Assembly (NCBI GenBank): GCA_965140445.1
Contig: OZ223236.1
Span: 3,744,001 to 3,808,000, forward strand
Origin: Candidatus Ozemobacteraceae bacterium
GTDB taxonomy: Bacteria > Muiribacteriota > Ozemobacteria > Ozemobacterales > Ozemobacteraceae
Direction: 5' to 3'
DNA: 64,000 nt
The translations under genes were made by a program, and so were the position numbers. Below, in pieces: positions 1 to 11,217 of the stretch (position 1 is the stretch's first letter; the number at the start of each line of letters is the position of its first letter). The notes beneath the pieces were generated by a model. It did not search any database. It saw nothing but the letters and a program-made list of their open reading frames with translations, and was not told where the DNA came from.

Positions 1-1545
1 GCAGACATAGCTCCATTTATGGACAAGGATGATAAAACAGAGGATGAGACCAAACTTCATGAATTTCTGGAAGGCAGAATTATCTTTGTTGGAACCAGAT
101 CCCACGGACTTTGGCGTTTTAGAAATGGCTACTGGAAAAATTTTACCGAAAGTAATTCCCAGCTTCCTGGAAACTGCATTAACAGACTTTTTGTGCTTGG
201 AAAAAAACTTGTAATTGCCACAAATGCCGGCCTTGTACTCATGCCAATTCATTCACAAATGTTTGACGAGTTTAAAAATACAGGAATCGGCAATGCATAC
301 GCGAAAACGATTTTCCCAATGCCCCCATCCTTTCAATATATGATTCCTTTTAGACAGGTTCTACGCGGCAAAGATTACTGGTTTACGCACAAACATGGCT
401 TAAGCAGATATAAAACCAAGGCAATTGTAACCAATCTCGATACGGCGGAAAATGTTACTCACAGCTCACGAATGGAACTTTCCCCAGAGGAACAAGAAAA
501 AATAGCCAAAACTACCACATTTCAAGAATTTCCGGATTTAAAAGAAGGTCGGGAAAATGTTGAAGGCAGTTTGTGGCAAATGTTCAGCAATGAATACATG
601 ACTTCTTTCGATGAAAGAATCCTATTCCCAATTTATTCCAACAATATTTCCAGAATAGCAATAAACCAATCAAACCAGGATCTATGGATAATTTTTGAGA
701 ACAAACGTCTTTGTCGACTAAGCTTTAAAATGAAACTTAACCGTAAAGTTTCCCCTCCTGAAATGCTTGAAACTCCCGTCTGGGAATTTATGGACAAATA
801 TCAGCCATGGTCAGGTGACACAATTTTAACCACAGTCTGGTTTAACGACGGCAAACTCTATATTGGTACCAAGGGAGATGGCTTTTACATTCTAAAGAAT
901 TCATCAACCCGTGAATATGAAAAAAATCCATTTGAGTGGCAACACTATGGCATATACGAAAGGCTACCTGTTTCAACTGTTCTGGAATTTACAAAATGGA
1001 AGTATCAAGACGTGGATTACCTGGTTTTAATGCATCCGCAAGCAATCTCTTTGTGGAATGGAGAATTCTTTTCAGAGCTTTCTATTGGTGGAATGCGAAA
1101 AAATCACTGTATAGCTGCAGACAATAATGGAAATCTATACGTTGGCACCGATGGTGGTCTCGTTAGAGTGACTGAAAAAGGCAAAACTTACTCTTACACC
1201 TGCGGTAATGTATTTCTAGAATCTGATTACATAACCGCAATCGGCATTCCCCCATCAAACTCCAAACGAAAGACAGGAATTTGGGTGGCTTGCGATAAAG
1301 AAGCATCGTTCACCGCATTAAACGACAACTTCAATGGCTCAGACCAGCCGCCAAATGTGTACACACTTCCTGACGGAACAAAGAAAGTAGTTGAATTAGA
1401 TATTGATGGTGCTTCGATGCATTTCTTTGATGGCCAAACCTGGGAAAAGTGGAAAGTCCCGGGCGTAACAAGCATGTTCATAGACAACGACTACTTATGG
1501 ACAACATCAAACATTAGAGTAAGGCGTTTTCTTGTTCCACGATGA
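1..1545 (+). CDS. Beta-propeller repeat protein (two-component regulator propeller / ligand-binding sensor-like), 5'-truncated
   Basis: The frame is open from base 1. Repeated propeller-blade motifs: IFVGTRSHGLWRF, LVIATNAGL, LYIGTKGDGFY, LYVGTDGGL. Confidence 0.65.
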   Translation, partial: ADIAPFMDKDDKTEDETKLHEFLEGRIIFVGTRSHGLWRFRNGYWKNFTESNSQLPGNCINRLFVLGKKLVIATNAGLVLMPIHSQMFDEFKNTGIGNAYAKTIFPMPPSFQYMIPFRQVLRGKDYWFTHKHGLSRYKTKAIVTNLDTAENVTHSSRMELSPEEQEKIAKTTTFQEFPDLKEGRENVEGSLWQMFSNEYMTSFDERILFPIYSNNISRIAINQSNQDLWIIFENKRLCRLSFKMKLNRKVSPPEMLETPVWEFMDKYQPWSGDTILTTVWFNDGKLYIGTKGDGFYILKNSSTREYEKNPFEWQHYGIYERLPVSTVLEFTKWKYQDVDYLVLMHPQAISLWNGEFFSELSIGGMRKNHCIAADNNGNLYVGTDGGLVRVTEKGKTYSYTCGNVFLESDYITAIGIPPSNSKRKTGIWVACDKEASFTALNDNFNGSDQPPNVYTLPDGTKKVVELDIDGASMHFFDGQTWEKWKVPGVTSMFIDNDYLWTTSNIRVRRFLVPR

Positions 1546-1625
1546 TGATAGTTTAACGGTAAGATTTAAATCGACACAGAGCTTATCAGGTCGTATAATT
1601 CACCTGAATTTAAGGACGGTTACTT

Positions 1626-2246
1626 ATGAAAAATGAAATACCCTGGCAATTAACAGAGGACAAAACCCTCCCGATGACCCTATCAGAAAAGGGTTTAGAT
1701 TTTAAAGGAAAAACAGCCTTTTTCTTTTACTTTTCTGGCATCCTGGCCACTCTATCTATGTCATGGGTGGCAATGTTATCCATAAAGTTACTATACATGG
1801 CTCACAAGGACGCTTCAGTCCCCAGAACTTACGTAACAATCGGAATCATGTGCTTCGGGATCAGTGCGGTTGCACTATATAGCTTCTATAAGCTTTACCA
1901 CAACCGAAAAGCATATTCTAAAGAAATCACAATTAAAGATGGCTCAGTTGTTTTCCTGGAAAAAACCATAGATGGAAAAACAGAATGGACCGAGAAAATC
2001 AAAAAATTTGATGGCATAGTTTTAAAACACTACGTTTATCGCGGGGTGCAATCCTGGTATATAGTTCTGGATCATAATGACAAAACCAAAAACATAGTCC
2101 TCTTTGCCCCTGGTTTCGAGGATAAAGCCATATCTGAAGATGAAAAACGCAAGAAATTAGCTCAATACGGCACCCTTTTTAACCTTTTAACCACATTTGA
2201 GCGTCCAGAAGACACATCAGACGAAGATAAAAGCAAAAAAGAATAA
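1626..2246 (+). CDS. Hypothetical membrane protein (2 TM)
   Basis: 206-aa ORF with two hydrophobic helices. Upstream sigma70-like TCGACA-N17-TATAAT and AAGGA RBS. Confidence 0.75.
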   Translation: MKNEIPWQLTEDKTLPMTLSEKGLDFKGKTAFFFYFSGILATLSMSWVAMLSIKLLYMAHKDASVPRTYVTIGIMCFGISAVALYSFYKLYHNRKAYSKEITIKDGSVVFLEKTIDGKTEWTEKIKKFDGIVLKHYVYRGVQSWYIVLDHNDKTKNIVLFAPGFEDKAISEDEKRKKLAQYGTLFNLLTTFERPEDTSDEDKSKKE

Positions 2247-2267
2247 CCTGAAAAAGGAAATTAGATA

Positions 2268-2834
2268 ATGAATAAAGGAAAATCCAGCTGGCCAGCAGCA
2301 ACTCTTTTAAGCCCGGTTCCAGCGGTAATGGTTAGTTGTCAGAACGAAAACAAAGCCAATATTATTACAATAGCCTGGGCGGGAACGATAAACTCAGCTC
2401 CTCCCATGCTATCAATCTCAGTTAGAAAAGAAAGGTTTTCTTACGATCTTATTAAAGATTCTGGAGAATTTTGTGTAAATGTTCCCGACAAGAAACTAGC
2501 CAAAGAAACTGATCTTTGCGGTGTAATCTCTGGTAAAACAATAGATAAGTTTCATGAATCCGGTCTGACAAAAGGCAATAGCATCCACATAAATGCCCCT
2601 ATAATAATGGAATGCCCTTTAAATATTGAATGCAAAGTAACCCAGGAAATTGAACTTGGTTCTCACAACCTCTTTCTTGCCGAGATAGTTGGTATTCAGG
2701 TAACAAGCGACCTTATTGATAAATCAGGCAAACTCAATCTCAACAAAAACGGCCTGCTCGGCTTTGCTCACGGACACTACTATCAACTAGGCAAAGAACT
2801 TGGGCAATTCGGCTTTAGTGTAAAAAAGAATTGA
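2268..2834 (+). CDS. Flavin reductase family protein (flavoredoxin/DIM6-NTAB)
   Basis: Motifs PVPAVMVSC, NIITIAWAG, GEFCVNVP, ECPLNIEC, LGSHNLFLAEI. Confidence 0.9.
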   Translation: MNKGKSSWPAATLLSPVPAVMVSCQNENKANIITIAWAGTINSAPPMLSISVRKERFSYDLIKDSGEFCVNVPDKKLAKETDLCGVISGKTIDKFHESGLTKGNSIHINAPIIMECPLNIECKVTQEIELGSHNLFLAEIVGIQVTSDLIDKSGKLNLNKNGLLGFAHGHYYQLGKELGQFGFSVKKN

Positions 2835-4099
2835 AAACATACGATATAGCAATTGTTGGAGCTGGTGCCGCTGGCTTGATAGCCGCTGGAGTCTGCGGAA
2901 ACGCAGATCTTTCCACGATAGTTGTCGAATCCATGAAGTATCCCGCCCGCAAGCTCAGGATTTCAGGAAAAGGCCGATGCAACCTCACCAATACCGAGGA
3001 AATAGACAAGCTGCTTCTCCACTTTAACAACCGCGGAAGATTCCTGAAACACGCCATCAAAAGTTTTACGAATATAGATCTTCGTGATTTCTTCTCAAAG
3101 CTTGGCGTTGAAACGATCGAAGAGCGAGGAGGCAGGGTTTTTCCCAGCAGTCAGAGCGCAATTGAAGTAGTAGACGCCCTGAAAAAATGGTGCGAAAATT
3201 CAGGAGCAAAACTAATCACCTCAACTCCCGCAAAAGGCCTGTTATTCGAAAAAGGTAAATGCGTTGGAGTTAAAATAAACGGAAATCAGCAAGCAATTTA
3301 CGCAAACCACGTCCTTCTTGCAACAGGCGGCCGATCCTACCCGGGGACTGGTTCTACCGGAGATGGATATAACTTTGCAAAATCCGTGGGCCACAAAATT
3401 ATAAAGCCCCTCCCCTCTCTTGTCGCGCTAGTAACCGATCCGATTCCAGATCCGGCAATATGTGGGCTTCAGCTAAAAAACGTCAAAGCTGAGTTATGGA
3501 ACAATGGAAAAAAAATCACAGAACAGTTTGGTGAGCTCCTTTTTCAGGCAAAGAGCATTTCTGGCCCCATAATCATCACTCTTTCAAGAACCGCAGTCCC
3601 TCTTCTGCAAACCCGCGAAAATAAGGTAGAGATTCTAATTGACCTCAAACCTGCTCTGTCATTTGAGCAGCTGGATCAAAGACTTCTGCGGGAAATTGCG
3701 TCAAATCCTAAAAGATTGCTTCAAAACATACTTGAGTCACTTCTCCCCAAAAAATTAACTGGAAAATGCCTGCATGATCTTGAATTAAAACCCGATTTAA
3801 AAGCCTCAGATATCAGCAGCCATGCCAGAAAATCCATACGAAAATGGCTGAAGGAACTTAGATTTTCTATAAAATCCCCCGCACCATGGGAAGAAGCTAT
3901 TGTTACTGCAGGTGGCGTTTCTACAAAAGAAATCAATCCAGTAACCATGGAATCAAAGTTAGTGCCCAACCTCTACTTTGCCGGAGAGATTATCGACGTT
4001 GACGCTGATACTGGTGGATACAATCTTCAGGCGGCCTTTTCTACAGGAATACTCGCGGCCAGAAGCATAATTGAGAAAACAAAAAATAAAAACCAATAA
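2831..4099 (+). CDS. HI0933/YhiN/BaiN-family NAD(P)/FAD-dependent oxidoreductase
   Basis: GAGAAG, ISGKGRCNLTN, GRVFP, ATGGRSYPGTGSTGDGY, TGGYNLQAAFSTG. Confidence 0.92.
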   Translation: MKTYDIAIVGAGAAGLIAAGVCGNADLSTIVVESMKYPARKLRISGKGRCNLTNTEEIDKLLLHFNNRGRFLKHAIKSFTNIDLRDFFSKLGVETIEERGGRVFPSSQSAIEVVDALKKWCENSGAKLITSTPAKGLLFEKGKCVGVKINGNQQAIYANHVLLATGGRSYPGTGSTGDGYNFAKSVGHKIIKPLPSLVALVTDPIPDPAICGLQLKNVKAELWNNGKKITEQFGELLFQAKSISGPIIITLSRTAVPLLQTRENKVEILIDLKPALSFEQLDQRLLREIASNPKRLLQNILESLLPKKLTGKCLHDLELKPDLKASDISSHARKSIRKWLKELRFSIKSPAPWEEAIVTAGGVSTKEINPVTMESKLVPNLYFAGEIIDVDADTGGYNLQAAFSTGILAARSIIEKTKNKNQ

Positions 4100-4199
4100 A
4101 ACAAACCCTGCAAAGCCTGAAAAAGTTTTGCTAGCCGCAAAGCCTTGACTTTGCATTTTGACTAACTGATAATGTGAAAAAAGCTCGAAAGGACAATTA

Positions 4200-5816
4200 A
4201 TGCTAATTAGATTAAGACAGGTTGAAGTATCACTTGAGTATACAGACGAGGAAATTAAGGAATCAGCTGCAAAGAAAATTAAATGTAGTCCAACGGATAT
4301 TGTTTCCTTTTTTATTGAAAAACGCTCATTGGATGCCAGACCACGCCGCGTAGAACCGGCTTTCATCCTTCAGCTTGAAATTCATTTAAAAAGCCACGTT
4401 GAAGTCAACTGGGCACACAATAGAGATCTGGATGAAATAGACCCTCCCAAAGAGGTAGAAGAAGTAACCTTTCCAAAATTTAAGGAAGACAGAAAGCGAC
4501 CGATCGTTATTGGAGCTGGCCCCGCCGGACTAATGGCTGCATTCCATCTTTCAGTAATGGGTTTTAACCCGATTGTCCTCGAAAGAGGTTCCCAGGCGGA
4601 AGAACGCCAGGATCAGGTAACTGCTTTCTGGCGTGGAGGAGCTTTCAATCCAGAAAGCAATACTTTGTTTGGAGAAGGCGGAGCAGGTTTATTCTCAGAC
4701 GGCAAACTTACTGCCAGAAGCAAGGACAAGCCAAGAATCAGACTTTTCCTTCAAACTTTAGTTAGATGTGGAGCACCAAAAGAAATCCTGATGGATTCAG
4801 AGCCACATGTGGGTAGCGACAATCTTCTCAGGATTGTTCCTAATCTGAGAAGAATGATTGAAGAAAATGGCGGCGAAATCAAATTCAATTCTCCAGTGAC
4901 TGACATTTCCATTGATGATGGAAAGGTTAGCGGAGTTTCGTGCGGTTTTTCATACTACCCAACTGACGATATAATTCTGGCCACAGGGCATAGTGCCAGA
5001 GATGTTTACAGAATGCTCTCTTCAAAAGGAGTTGCCCTTGAATCTAAACCTTCTGCAATAGGAATCCGCCTTGAGGTGCCGCAACACCAGATCGATTCTT
5101 CTCAATATGGCAAGTTTGCTGGTCACAAAGCCATGGGAGCAGCAAATTTCAAACTCACAAGAAAAGGCGATGATAGAACCAGAGCTTGCTACAGTTTCTG
5201 CATGTGCCCAGGTGGTTTAACAATATCCTGCGCATCAGAAAAAGACGGCCTTACCACTAATGGTATGAGCTACTCAAGCAGAAGTGGATTTTATGGTAAT
5301 GCAGCTTTCATAGTCCCGGTTGGACCAGAGGACTATGGAATGTATGAAGGCCCAGATAAAGCCCCTGAACTGGCAGGCTTAAATTTTCAGGCGCACATTG
5401 AACAAGCGGCTTATAAAGCTGGCGGCAACGGTTTCAGCCTTCCCGCCTTAAGATTGCAGGATTTTCTCGCGGATCGCGTATCAGAAGACCTCCCGGAAGG
5501 CAGATCATGCAAAAGATCCAGACCAGCTGATTTCAGAAGCATACTGCCTGAATTTATAATAAAAACCCTGAAAAAGACAATTCCACCAATGTTACGCCAG
5601 TTAAAAAGTGTAGACCAGGCTGAAGCTATTATGTATGCAGCAGAAACAAGAAGTTCAAGCACAGTTAGAATCTTAAGAGATGATACAGGCCAATCTCCCA
5701 ATGTGTTGGGCCTTTATCCAACAGGAGAAGGTTCTGGATATGCCGGAGGAATTGTCAGCTCTGCAGTAGATGGGCTAAAAGCGGCCGAAACCCTTGTAGA
5801 AAAATATAAATACTAA
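4200..5816 (+). CDS. FAD-dependent oxidoreductase (uncharacterised NAD(FAD)-dependent dehydrogenase family)
   Basis: IGAGPAGL, FGEGGAGLFSDGKL, YSFCMCPGG, GEGSGYAGGIVSSAVDG. Promoter TTGACT-N17-GATAAT upstream. Confidence 0.88.
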   Translation: MLIRLRQVEVSLEYTDEEIKESAAKKIKCSPTDIVSFFIEKRSLDARPRRVEPAFILQLEIHLKSHVEVNWAHNRDLDEIDPPKEVEEVTFPKFKEDRKRPIVIGAGPAGLMAAFHLSVMGFNPIVLERGSQAEERQDQVTAFWRGGAFNPESNTLFGEGGAGLFSDGKLTARSKDKPRIRLFLQTLVRCGAPKEILMDSEPHVGSDNLLRIVPNLRRMIEENGGEIKFNSPVTDISIDDGKVSGVSCGFSYYPTDDIILATGHSARDVYRMLSSKGVALESKPSAIGIRLEVPQHQIDSSQYGKFAGHKAMGAANFKLTRKGDDRTRACYSFCMCPGGLTISCASEKDGLTTNGMSYSSRSGFYGNAAFIVPVGPEDYGMYEGPDKAPELAGLNFQAHIEQAAYKAGGNGFSLPALRLQDFLADRVSEDLPEGRSCKRSRPADFRSILPEFIIKTLKKTIPPMLRQLKSVDQAEAIMYAAETRSSSTVRILRDDTGQSPNVLGLYPTGEGSGYAGGIVSSAVDGLKAAETLVEKYKY

Positions 5817-5819
5817 CTT

Positions 5820-7277
5820 CTAATTTGAAGCCTGAGAGCTGTTGCTTTCAGGCTGTATAGCATAAAGCCAGTAGCCTTTTCGGTATATCCAAAAGGCTAC
5901 TGTTGTTGAAATGAAGTTGCTAAAAATCATTGGCCACCATATTGAAGTATAGGACTTATCCCCCAAAATAGAAGCACACCAGACAAGCAAACTGTGAATT
6001 GTCCCGGTTTGCCATGGTATCGCTGCCACCAGATACCCGGAAAGCAAAAAAGCCATTGGAATTCGAACTATCCATAGGCGCACCAGGTCAACTATCATTA
6101 CAGGCTTTGTATATCCGCTTCCATTAAATACACCCCAAAACATGAAAAGAAAGCCAAAAATCCATACCGCAATAGAGTTTATCTTTAACATTTCATTTGC
6201 ATAGCCCACGACCAAAGGATCATTTATAAAAACAGCAGAAAGGCTATCGCCATGAAAATATAAAAGAGATGAGCCAATAGTCATGATTATCATCACAAGA
6301 ACCAGCGACACGTGAAAGCTTCTAATCGCCCGATCCTTTTTTCCCGCCCCCAAACATTGTCCTATTATACTGGACAAAGCATTACTCATCCCCATTGGAG
6401 GCATCATTATAAAGTTAACGAAACGAAATCCAATGGAATTTGCAGAAATAATTTCTGTCCCGAATTTATTTACCAACCCCTGCATAACAACAAATCCAAG
6501 CGAAGTTGTGGTTTGAGCCAGCGAAGCAGGAATACCAATTCTTAGAATCTCTTTTATTTTTAAATAATCTGGCCTCAACATGGCAAAAGAAGGAATATAG
6601 CTGGCAAAATATCTCTTCATGACATAAAAGGAAAGAATCACTGAAAAAGCTCTTGAAATTAGAGTAGCTAAAGCCGCGCCCTCTAACCCCATCGCCGGAC
6701 AACCAATCCAACCATAAATCATTATTGGATCAAGAACCAGATTCACAATTACTGAAATAAGGTTTATAACCATTGGAGACATGCCATCGCCGATTCCCAT
6801 GGCAAAGCTTTGAAAGCCAAAAAAAACAAACATCAAACCCATGCCAAACATAATTAAGCGAATATAGATTTGAGAGGACTCCAATATTGTTTCCGGAGTG
6901 TTCAACAAGAGAAGCACAGGCTTAATAAAAAATAGAGCGATTGCAAAGAAAATAAGCATAAATACAGTCAGCAAAAGACCGACCTGTCCTAAATACATGC
7001 GGATTTTCTCTGGCTCATTCGCGCCTTTGAATCTTGATATCAAAGCCGTTGTAGCAACTGCAATGCCCTGACCAAGTGAAGCAAATAGAAAAACAAGCGG
7101 AAAAGCAATTCCGGTAACCGCCACAGCCTCTGTAGAACCACTAGCTAATTGTCCAAGCCAGTAAGTATCCGTCAGATTGTAAACAACCTGAATCAGATTC
7201 GAAAACATCATGGGAAGCGATAATACAATAAGATTCTTAACAATACTTCCCTCTGTGAGGTTTCGGCCGTCGGCCAT
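5820..7277 (-). CDS. MATE family efflux transporter
   Basis: LTEGSIVKNLIVLSLPM, YNLTDTYWLG, NLVLDPIMIYG, GLEGAALAT. About 12 TM helices. Confidence 0.92.
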   Translation of the reverse strand: MADGRNLTEGSIVKNLIVLSLPMMFSNLIQVVYNLTDTYWLGQLASGSTEAVAVTGIAFPLVFLFASLGQGIAVATTALISRFKGANEPEKIRMYLGQVGLLLTVFMLIFFAIALFFIKPVLLLLNTPETILESSQIYIRLIMFGMGLMFVFFGFQSFAMGIGDGMSPMVINLISVIVNLVLDPIMIYGWIGCPAMGLEGAALATLISRAFSVILSFYVMKRYFASYIPSFAMLRPDYLKIKEILRIGIPASLAQTTTSLGFVVMQGLVNKFGTEIISANSIGFRFVNFIMMPPMGMSNALSSIIGQCLGAGKKDRAIRSFHVSLVLVMIIMTIGSSLLYFHGDSLSAVFINDPLVVGYANEMLKINSIAVWIFGFLFMFWGVFNGSGYTKPVMIVDLVRLWIVRIPMAFLLSGYLVAAIPWQTGTIHSLLVWCASILGDKSYTSIWWPMIFSNFISTTVAFWIYRKGYWLYAIQPESNSSQASN

Positions 7278-7342
7278 ATAATCATTCCTTTTCTTTATCG
7301 GTCAGATTCTACACCAGTATCACCTGTACATCAACAAAAGCA

Positions 7343-7374
7343 AAACCGGCTTTTCAAAAATAAAAAGCCGGTTT
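7343..7374 (-). terminator. Intrinsic terminator downstream of trpB
   Basis: Inverted repeat AAACCGGCTTTT / AAAAGCCGGTTT followed by a T-rich tract on the minus strand. Confidence 0.7.
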
Positions 7375-7397
7375 AACGTTAATCTCGAATAATATAC

Positions 7398-8633
7398 TTA
7401 GCCTTGAGCTATCTTTTTCTGCATTTCTTCCATTGTATCGCCATAGTTTTCGGTTACAAAATCAATGTCTTTGTCTCCGCGCCCACTCAGGTTAACCAAA
7501 ATAGACTGATATTTCTTCTCTTCTGCGAGCTTAATGGCATAAGCGACAGCATGAGCACTCTCAAGTGCCGGAATGATACCCTCAACGCGGCTTAAAAGAT
7601 AGAAAGCTTCCAGGCATTCCTTATCTGAAACATGAACATAATTAATTCGCCCTTCGTCCTTCAAAAAACAATGCTCCGGGCCAACACCAGGATAGTCCAG
7701 TCCACTTGCAATTGAGTATACAGGGGCGGGTTCTCCTTTCTCATCTTGAAGTAGATAACACTTAAATCCATGAATAACTCCTGGTTTACCATGAGTCATA
7801 GTTGCTGCATGGTCTCCGGGTTTAAACGACCTTCCCGCAGGTTCCACCCCGTAAATTTCCGTGCCTTCATCTTCAAGAAACGCTGAAAATAAACCTATCG
7901 CATTACTACCGCCCCCAACGCTTGCTACAAGGTTGTCAGGGATTTCGCCTGTCATTTCAAAAAACTGCTCTCTTGCTTCAATTCCCACAATGCGTTGAAA
8001 TTCTCTCACCAGCATTGGAAACGGATGCGGTCCTACAACTGAGCCAATACAATACATTGAAGTATCAGGATCTTCCAGATAAGCCACAAAAGCAGAGTCA
8101 ACTGCTTCCTTGAGAGTTTTTAAACCAGCACTTACCGGAACAACTTTGGCCCCAAGCAATTTCATTCTGATAACATTTGGATGCTCTTTTGCAATATCCA
8201 CTTCACCCATGTGAATTTCGCAATCGAGACCAAAATAGGCTGCTGCAGTGGCTAGCGCAACACCATGCTGCCCTGCCCCAGTCTCAGCGATAAGCTTTTT
8301 CTTGCCCATATATTTAGCCAGTAATGCTTCGCCCATACAATGATTAAGTTTGTGCGCACCGGTGTGATTAAGATCTTCGCGTTTCAGGTATATCCTGGCA
8401 CCGCCCAACTGATTTGAAAGCCTTTCAGCAAAATAAACAGGGGTCGGTCTTCCCTGATAATGCTTTCTAATAGATCTTAGCTCTGAGATAAATTTATGTG
8501 ATTTGCTTATTGTAAGATAAGAATGGGTAATCTGTTTAAAATGGTCAACTAAAACCGGGGGCAAAACCGCGCCACCGTATGGCCCAAAGTTACCATCCAT
8601 ATCGGGAAATTTTCTAAGATAATTGCTTTCCAT
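7398..8633 (-). CDS. trpB: Tryptophan synthase beta subunit (stand-alone)
   Basis: [13 protein letters not shown] (PLP Lys), [40 protein letters not shown]. Start moved to ATG 8633, which has an AGGAG RBS. Confidence 0.93.
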   Translation of the reverse strand: MESNYLRKFPDMDGNFGPYGGAVLPPVLVDHFKQITHSYLTISKSHKFISELRSIRKHYQGRPTPVYFAERLSNQLGGARIYLKREDLNHTGAHKLNHCMGEALLAKYMGKKKLIAETGAGQHGVALATAAAYFGLDCEIHMGEVDIAKEHPNVIRMKLLGAKVVPVSAGLKTLKEAVDSAFVAYLEDPDTSMYCIGSVVGPHPFPMLVREFQRIVGIEAREQFFEMTGEIPDNLVASVGGGSNAIGLFSAFLEDEGTEIYGVEPAGRSFKPGDHAATMTHGKPGVIHGFKCYLLQDEKGEPAPVYSIASGLDYPGVGPEHCFLKDEGRINYVHVSDKECLEAFYLLSRVEGIIPALESAHAVAYAIKLAEEKKYQSILVNLSGRGDKDIDFVTENYGDTMEEMQKKIAQG

Positions 8634-8744
8634 TTCTGTCTCCTGAGTATAAATAAGTGCTTCAATCATTCCCGAAATATCTAAGGGTTTAATCTACTAT
8701 CGGGAAAAAAATACTCAAAATAAACAGAAAAGTTTACGGCAAAC

Positions 8745-9266
8745 TTATCCTTTAGTTTTTAATACTTTCATTAATCTGTCGTAAAGAACTACATTCACGC
8801 ACATTGCCAGGTTTAAGCTTCCGTCGGTAGGAATATAAACAACATCCCTGCAATAACTAAGAGTTTTCTTTCCAAGAGTCATATTTTCCCCACCAAAAAT
8901 ATAAAAGGCCTGGGGAGGATGTACATAATCCACTAACGACACAGCACTGTCTACAAGTTCAACAGCTACCGGAACGTAGCAATAAGGAATGGCCGAATGC
9001 AAATCATCTACCTGCAAAACCGGAGTGGTCATATAATCTTTATTGACGTCTGAACCAGCTCTTTCCAGCTGTTTTCCGGCTATGGCAATCATATTTGCAC
9101 CAAAGCAACCGGCAGCTCTAAAAACAGAGCCTATATTTACATTTTTTCTTGGGGACTGCAGCCCTATTGCGCATGATCCAATTTTTCTTCGATCATAGCG
9201 CGATCCTTCATGATTTTTTAATTGAAAAAATTTCTCTAAATTTTCTGCGATTTGATTGTAATCCAT
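8745..9266 (-). CDS. SpoU/TrmH-family RNA methyltransferase
   Basis: NIGSVFRAAGCFG, YIFGGEN, SLNLAMCVNVVLYDR (SPOUT motifs). ATG at 9266 preferred over the track start. Confidence 0.85.
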   Translation of the reverse strand: MDYNQIAENLEKFFQLKNHEGSRYDRRKIGSCAIGLQSPRKNVNIGSVFRAAGCFGANMIAIAGKQLERAGSDVNKDYMTTPVLQVDDLHSAIPYCYVPVAVELVDSAVSLVDYVHPPQAFYIFGGENMTLGKKTLSYCRDVVYIPTDGSLNLAMCVNVVLYDRLMKVLKTKG

Positions 9267-9276
9267 TATTCTTCTT

Positions 9277-11217
9277 TCAGCCAATAAGCTCTACAATTGA
9301 CTTTATCAATGCGTTTTTCTGGTAGGGCTTTTGTAGAAGAATTCCTGGAATTTTTAACATATACTCAGTTTCAAGAAGATCGCTACTATATCCGCTAGCA
9401 AACAAAACAGGGACGCCAGATTTAATTTTAGAAATATTGTCATAAACATCTCGGCCATTCATTTCTGGCATGATCATGTCCAGTATCAATAAATCTATCT
9501 GCTCTGAATTTTCTTTAAATAGTTCTACTGCTTCCGCCCCGTTCGTGGCTTCAATAACATTACAACCAGCGGAATTTAAAGTCCTTAAAACCAGTTGGCG
9601 AACCATTTTATCGTCTTCTGCAACAAGAACATTCTTGCCAACGAGAGCAGTAGAATCAGTCTTTTGATCAACAACAGGAGCTTTTTCGATATTCTTAACA
9701 TTTTTCTTTTCAGGGAAGAACATCTTAAAACTCGTACCTTTTTTATGCTCACTTTCCAGAATTACATAAGCGCTATGTCTTTTTAAAATAGCATAGACCA
9801 TGGATAAACCAAGGCCGGTACCCCGTCCAACGTCCTTAGTAGTAAAAAACGGTTCAAATACCCGATCAATGTAATCAGCAGGAATTCCACAGCCATTATC
9901 CTCAACCGTTAAAACCACATAATCACCAATAGGAATGTAGCCATTTACAGTTAAAATTTCTTCATTTACAAATTTTTCTTCAAGATTAAATTCAATTTGC
10001 CCTTCTCCGAGCATCGCATCTCTTGAATTAATGCAGAGATTCACCAAAATCTGCTCCAATTGGACAGGGTCTCCATAGATCATTAATTCTGGAGCAAACT
10101 TCCCAATATTTAAATTTATTCCATCTCCCAAAACAGACCTTAGCAATTTCATTAAAGCAGGGATCAATACCGAAAGATTAATAAGCTCGAATTTTAGATC
10201 CTGAGATCTGCTAAAACTAAGCAACTGCTTTACAAGCATCATCGACTTTTCGCCTGCTTCAAGAATATTGTTAATCTCATCAATTTCGCCAATATCAGAG
10301 AATTTATCTTTTGCAATCTCTGCATAGCCCATAATTACTTGAAGGAGATTGTTAAAATCATGAGCAATTCCTCCTGCAAGGCTTCCAATCGCTTCCATTT
10401 TTTGCGACTGACGAAGTTGAGAGTCCATTTCAACCTTTTCAGAGATATCTTGCAAAATCCCAGACATTTTTATCGGGTTTCCTACTTCATCAAATTCTGA
10501 AACCTTGCCCTGACAATGAAGCCAGACAAAATTCCCCTTGAAATGTTTTGCCCTGAAGTCCACTGAAAAATATGGAATATCTCCCATTAAATGTTCATTT
10601 AGTCTCTTTAGAACAGACTTTTGATCGTCCTTATGTATATAGGGGTTTTCATCCCAGAACCTGAACTCGAGTTCCCTGTCTGGATATCCAAGCAAACATG
10701 AAAGGTTCTTCATACATAAAATCTCCGCGGTTGATGGATTCCAACCCCACAGAGCAATCCTGCCTTCGCGCAAAACGTCTTCGAGCCAATTTTGAGCTTC
10801 AGCTATTGAATTTAAATTGCACTTTGCTCCTTCTGACCAATCACCAACTATAGAACCAATATTTTCATCTTTTGAGTAAAAGCTTTTTTCAAAAATATGA
10901 ATCTCGTCTTTATTTTTTCCTGGCTCCAATACCAATTCAAGCTTACCATCTGGGAAACCTTCAATCCTGGCACATTCTTTAATAAAAGACTGCGCTAAAA
11001 AACATTCAATCTGAAGAGTGTTTTGCTTTTGAAATTGAAAAAAAGAGTCTTCAACAGAAATTCTTGCCCCAAGCGTAGATACGAAAACCTCATCCAGCTT
11101 TTTTCCATTCGCATACTTAAAAAAAGGAAGTAAACGAAAGATAACACTCTCCGAATTGGTTTTAATAATTTTCCCAGCCAAATCCGAAACTAGTAACCAC
11201 TTTTCTTGCTTAATCAT
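9277..11217 (-). CDS. PAS-domain hybrid sensor histidine kinase/response regulator
   Basis: PAS_3 (ALWGWN...IHKDD...WLHCQG), H-box AGGIAHDFNNLL, FEPFFTTK/GTGLGL, and a C-terminal REC domain (LILDMIMPEMNG). Confidence 0.93.
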   Translation of the reverse strand: MIKQEKWLLVSDLAGKIIKTNSESVIFRLLPFFKYANGKKLDEVFVSTLGARISVEDSFFQFQKQNTLQIECFLAQSFIKECARIEGFPDGKLELVLEPGKNKDEIHIFEKSFYSKDENIGSIVGDWSEGAKCNLNSIAEAQNWLEDVLREGRIALWGWNPSTAEILCMKNLSCLLGYPDRELEFRFWDENPYIHKDDQKSVLKRLNEHLMGDIPYFSVDFRAKHFKGNFVWLHCQGKVSEFDEVGNPIKMSGILQDISEKVEMDSQLRQSQKMEAIGSLAGGIAHDFNNLLQVIMGYAEIAKDKFSDIGEIDEINNILEAGEKSMMLVKQLLSFSRSQDLKFELINLSVLIPALMKLLRSVLGDGINLNIGKFAPELMIYGDPVQLEQILVNLCINSRDAMLGEGQIEFNLEEKFVNEEILTVNGYIPIGDYVVLTVEDNGCGIPADYIDRVFEPFFTTKDVGRGTGLGLSMVYAILKRHSAYVILESEHKKGTSFKMFFPEKKNVKNIEKAPVVDQKTDSTALVGKNVLVAEDDKMVRQLVLRTLNSAGCNVIEATNGAEAVELFKENSEQIDLLILDMIMPEMNGRDVYDNISKIKSGVPVLFASGYSSDLLETEYMLKIPGILLQKPYQKNALIKSIVELIG

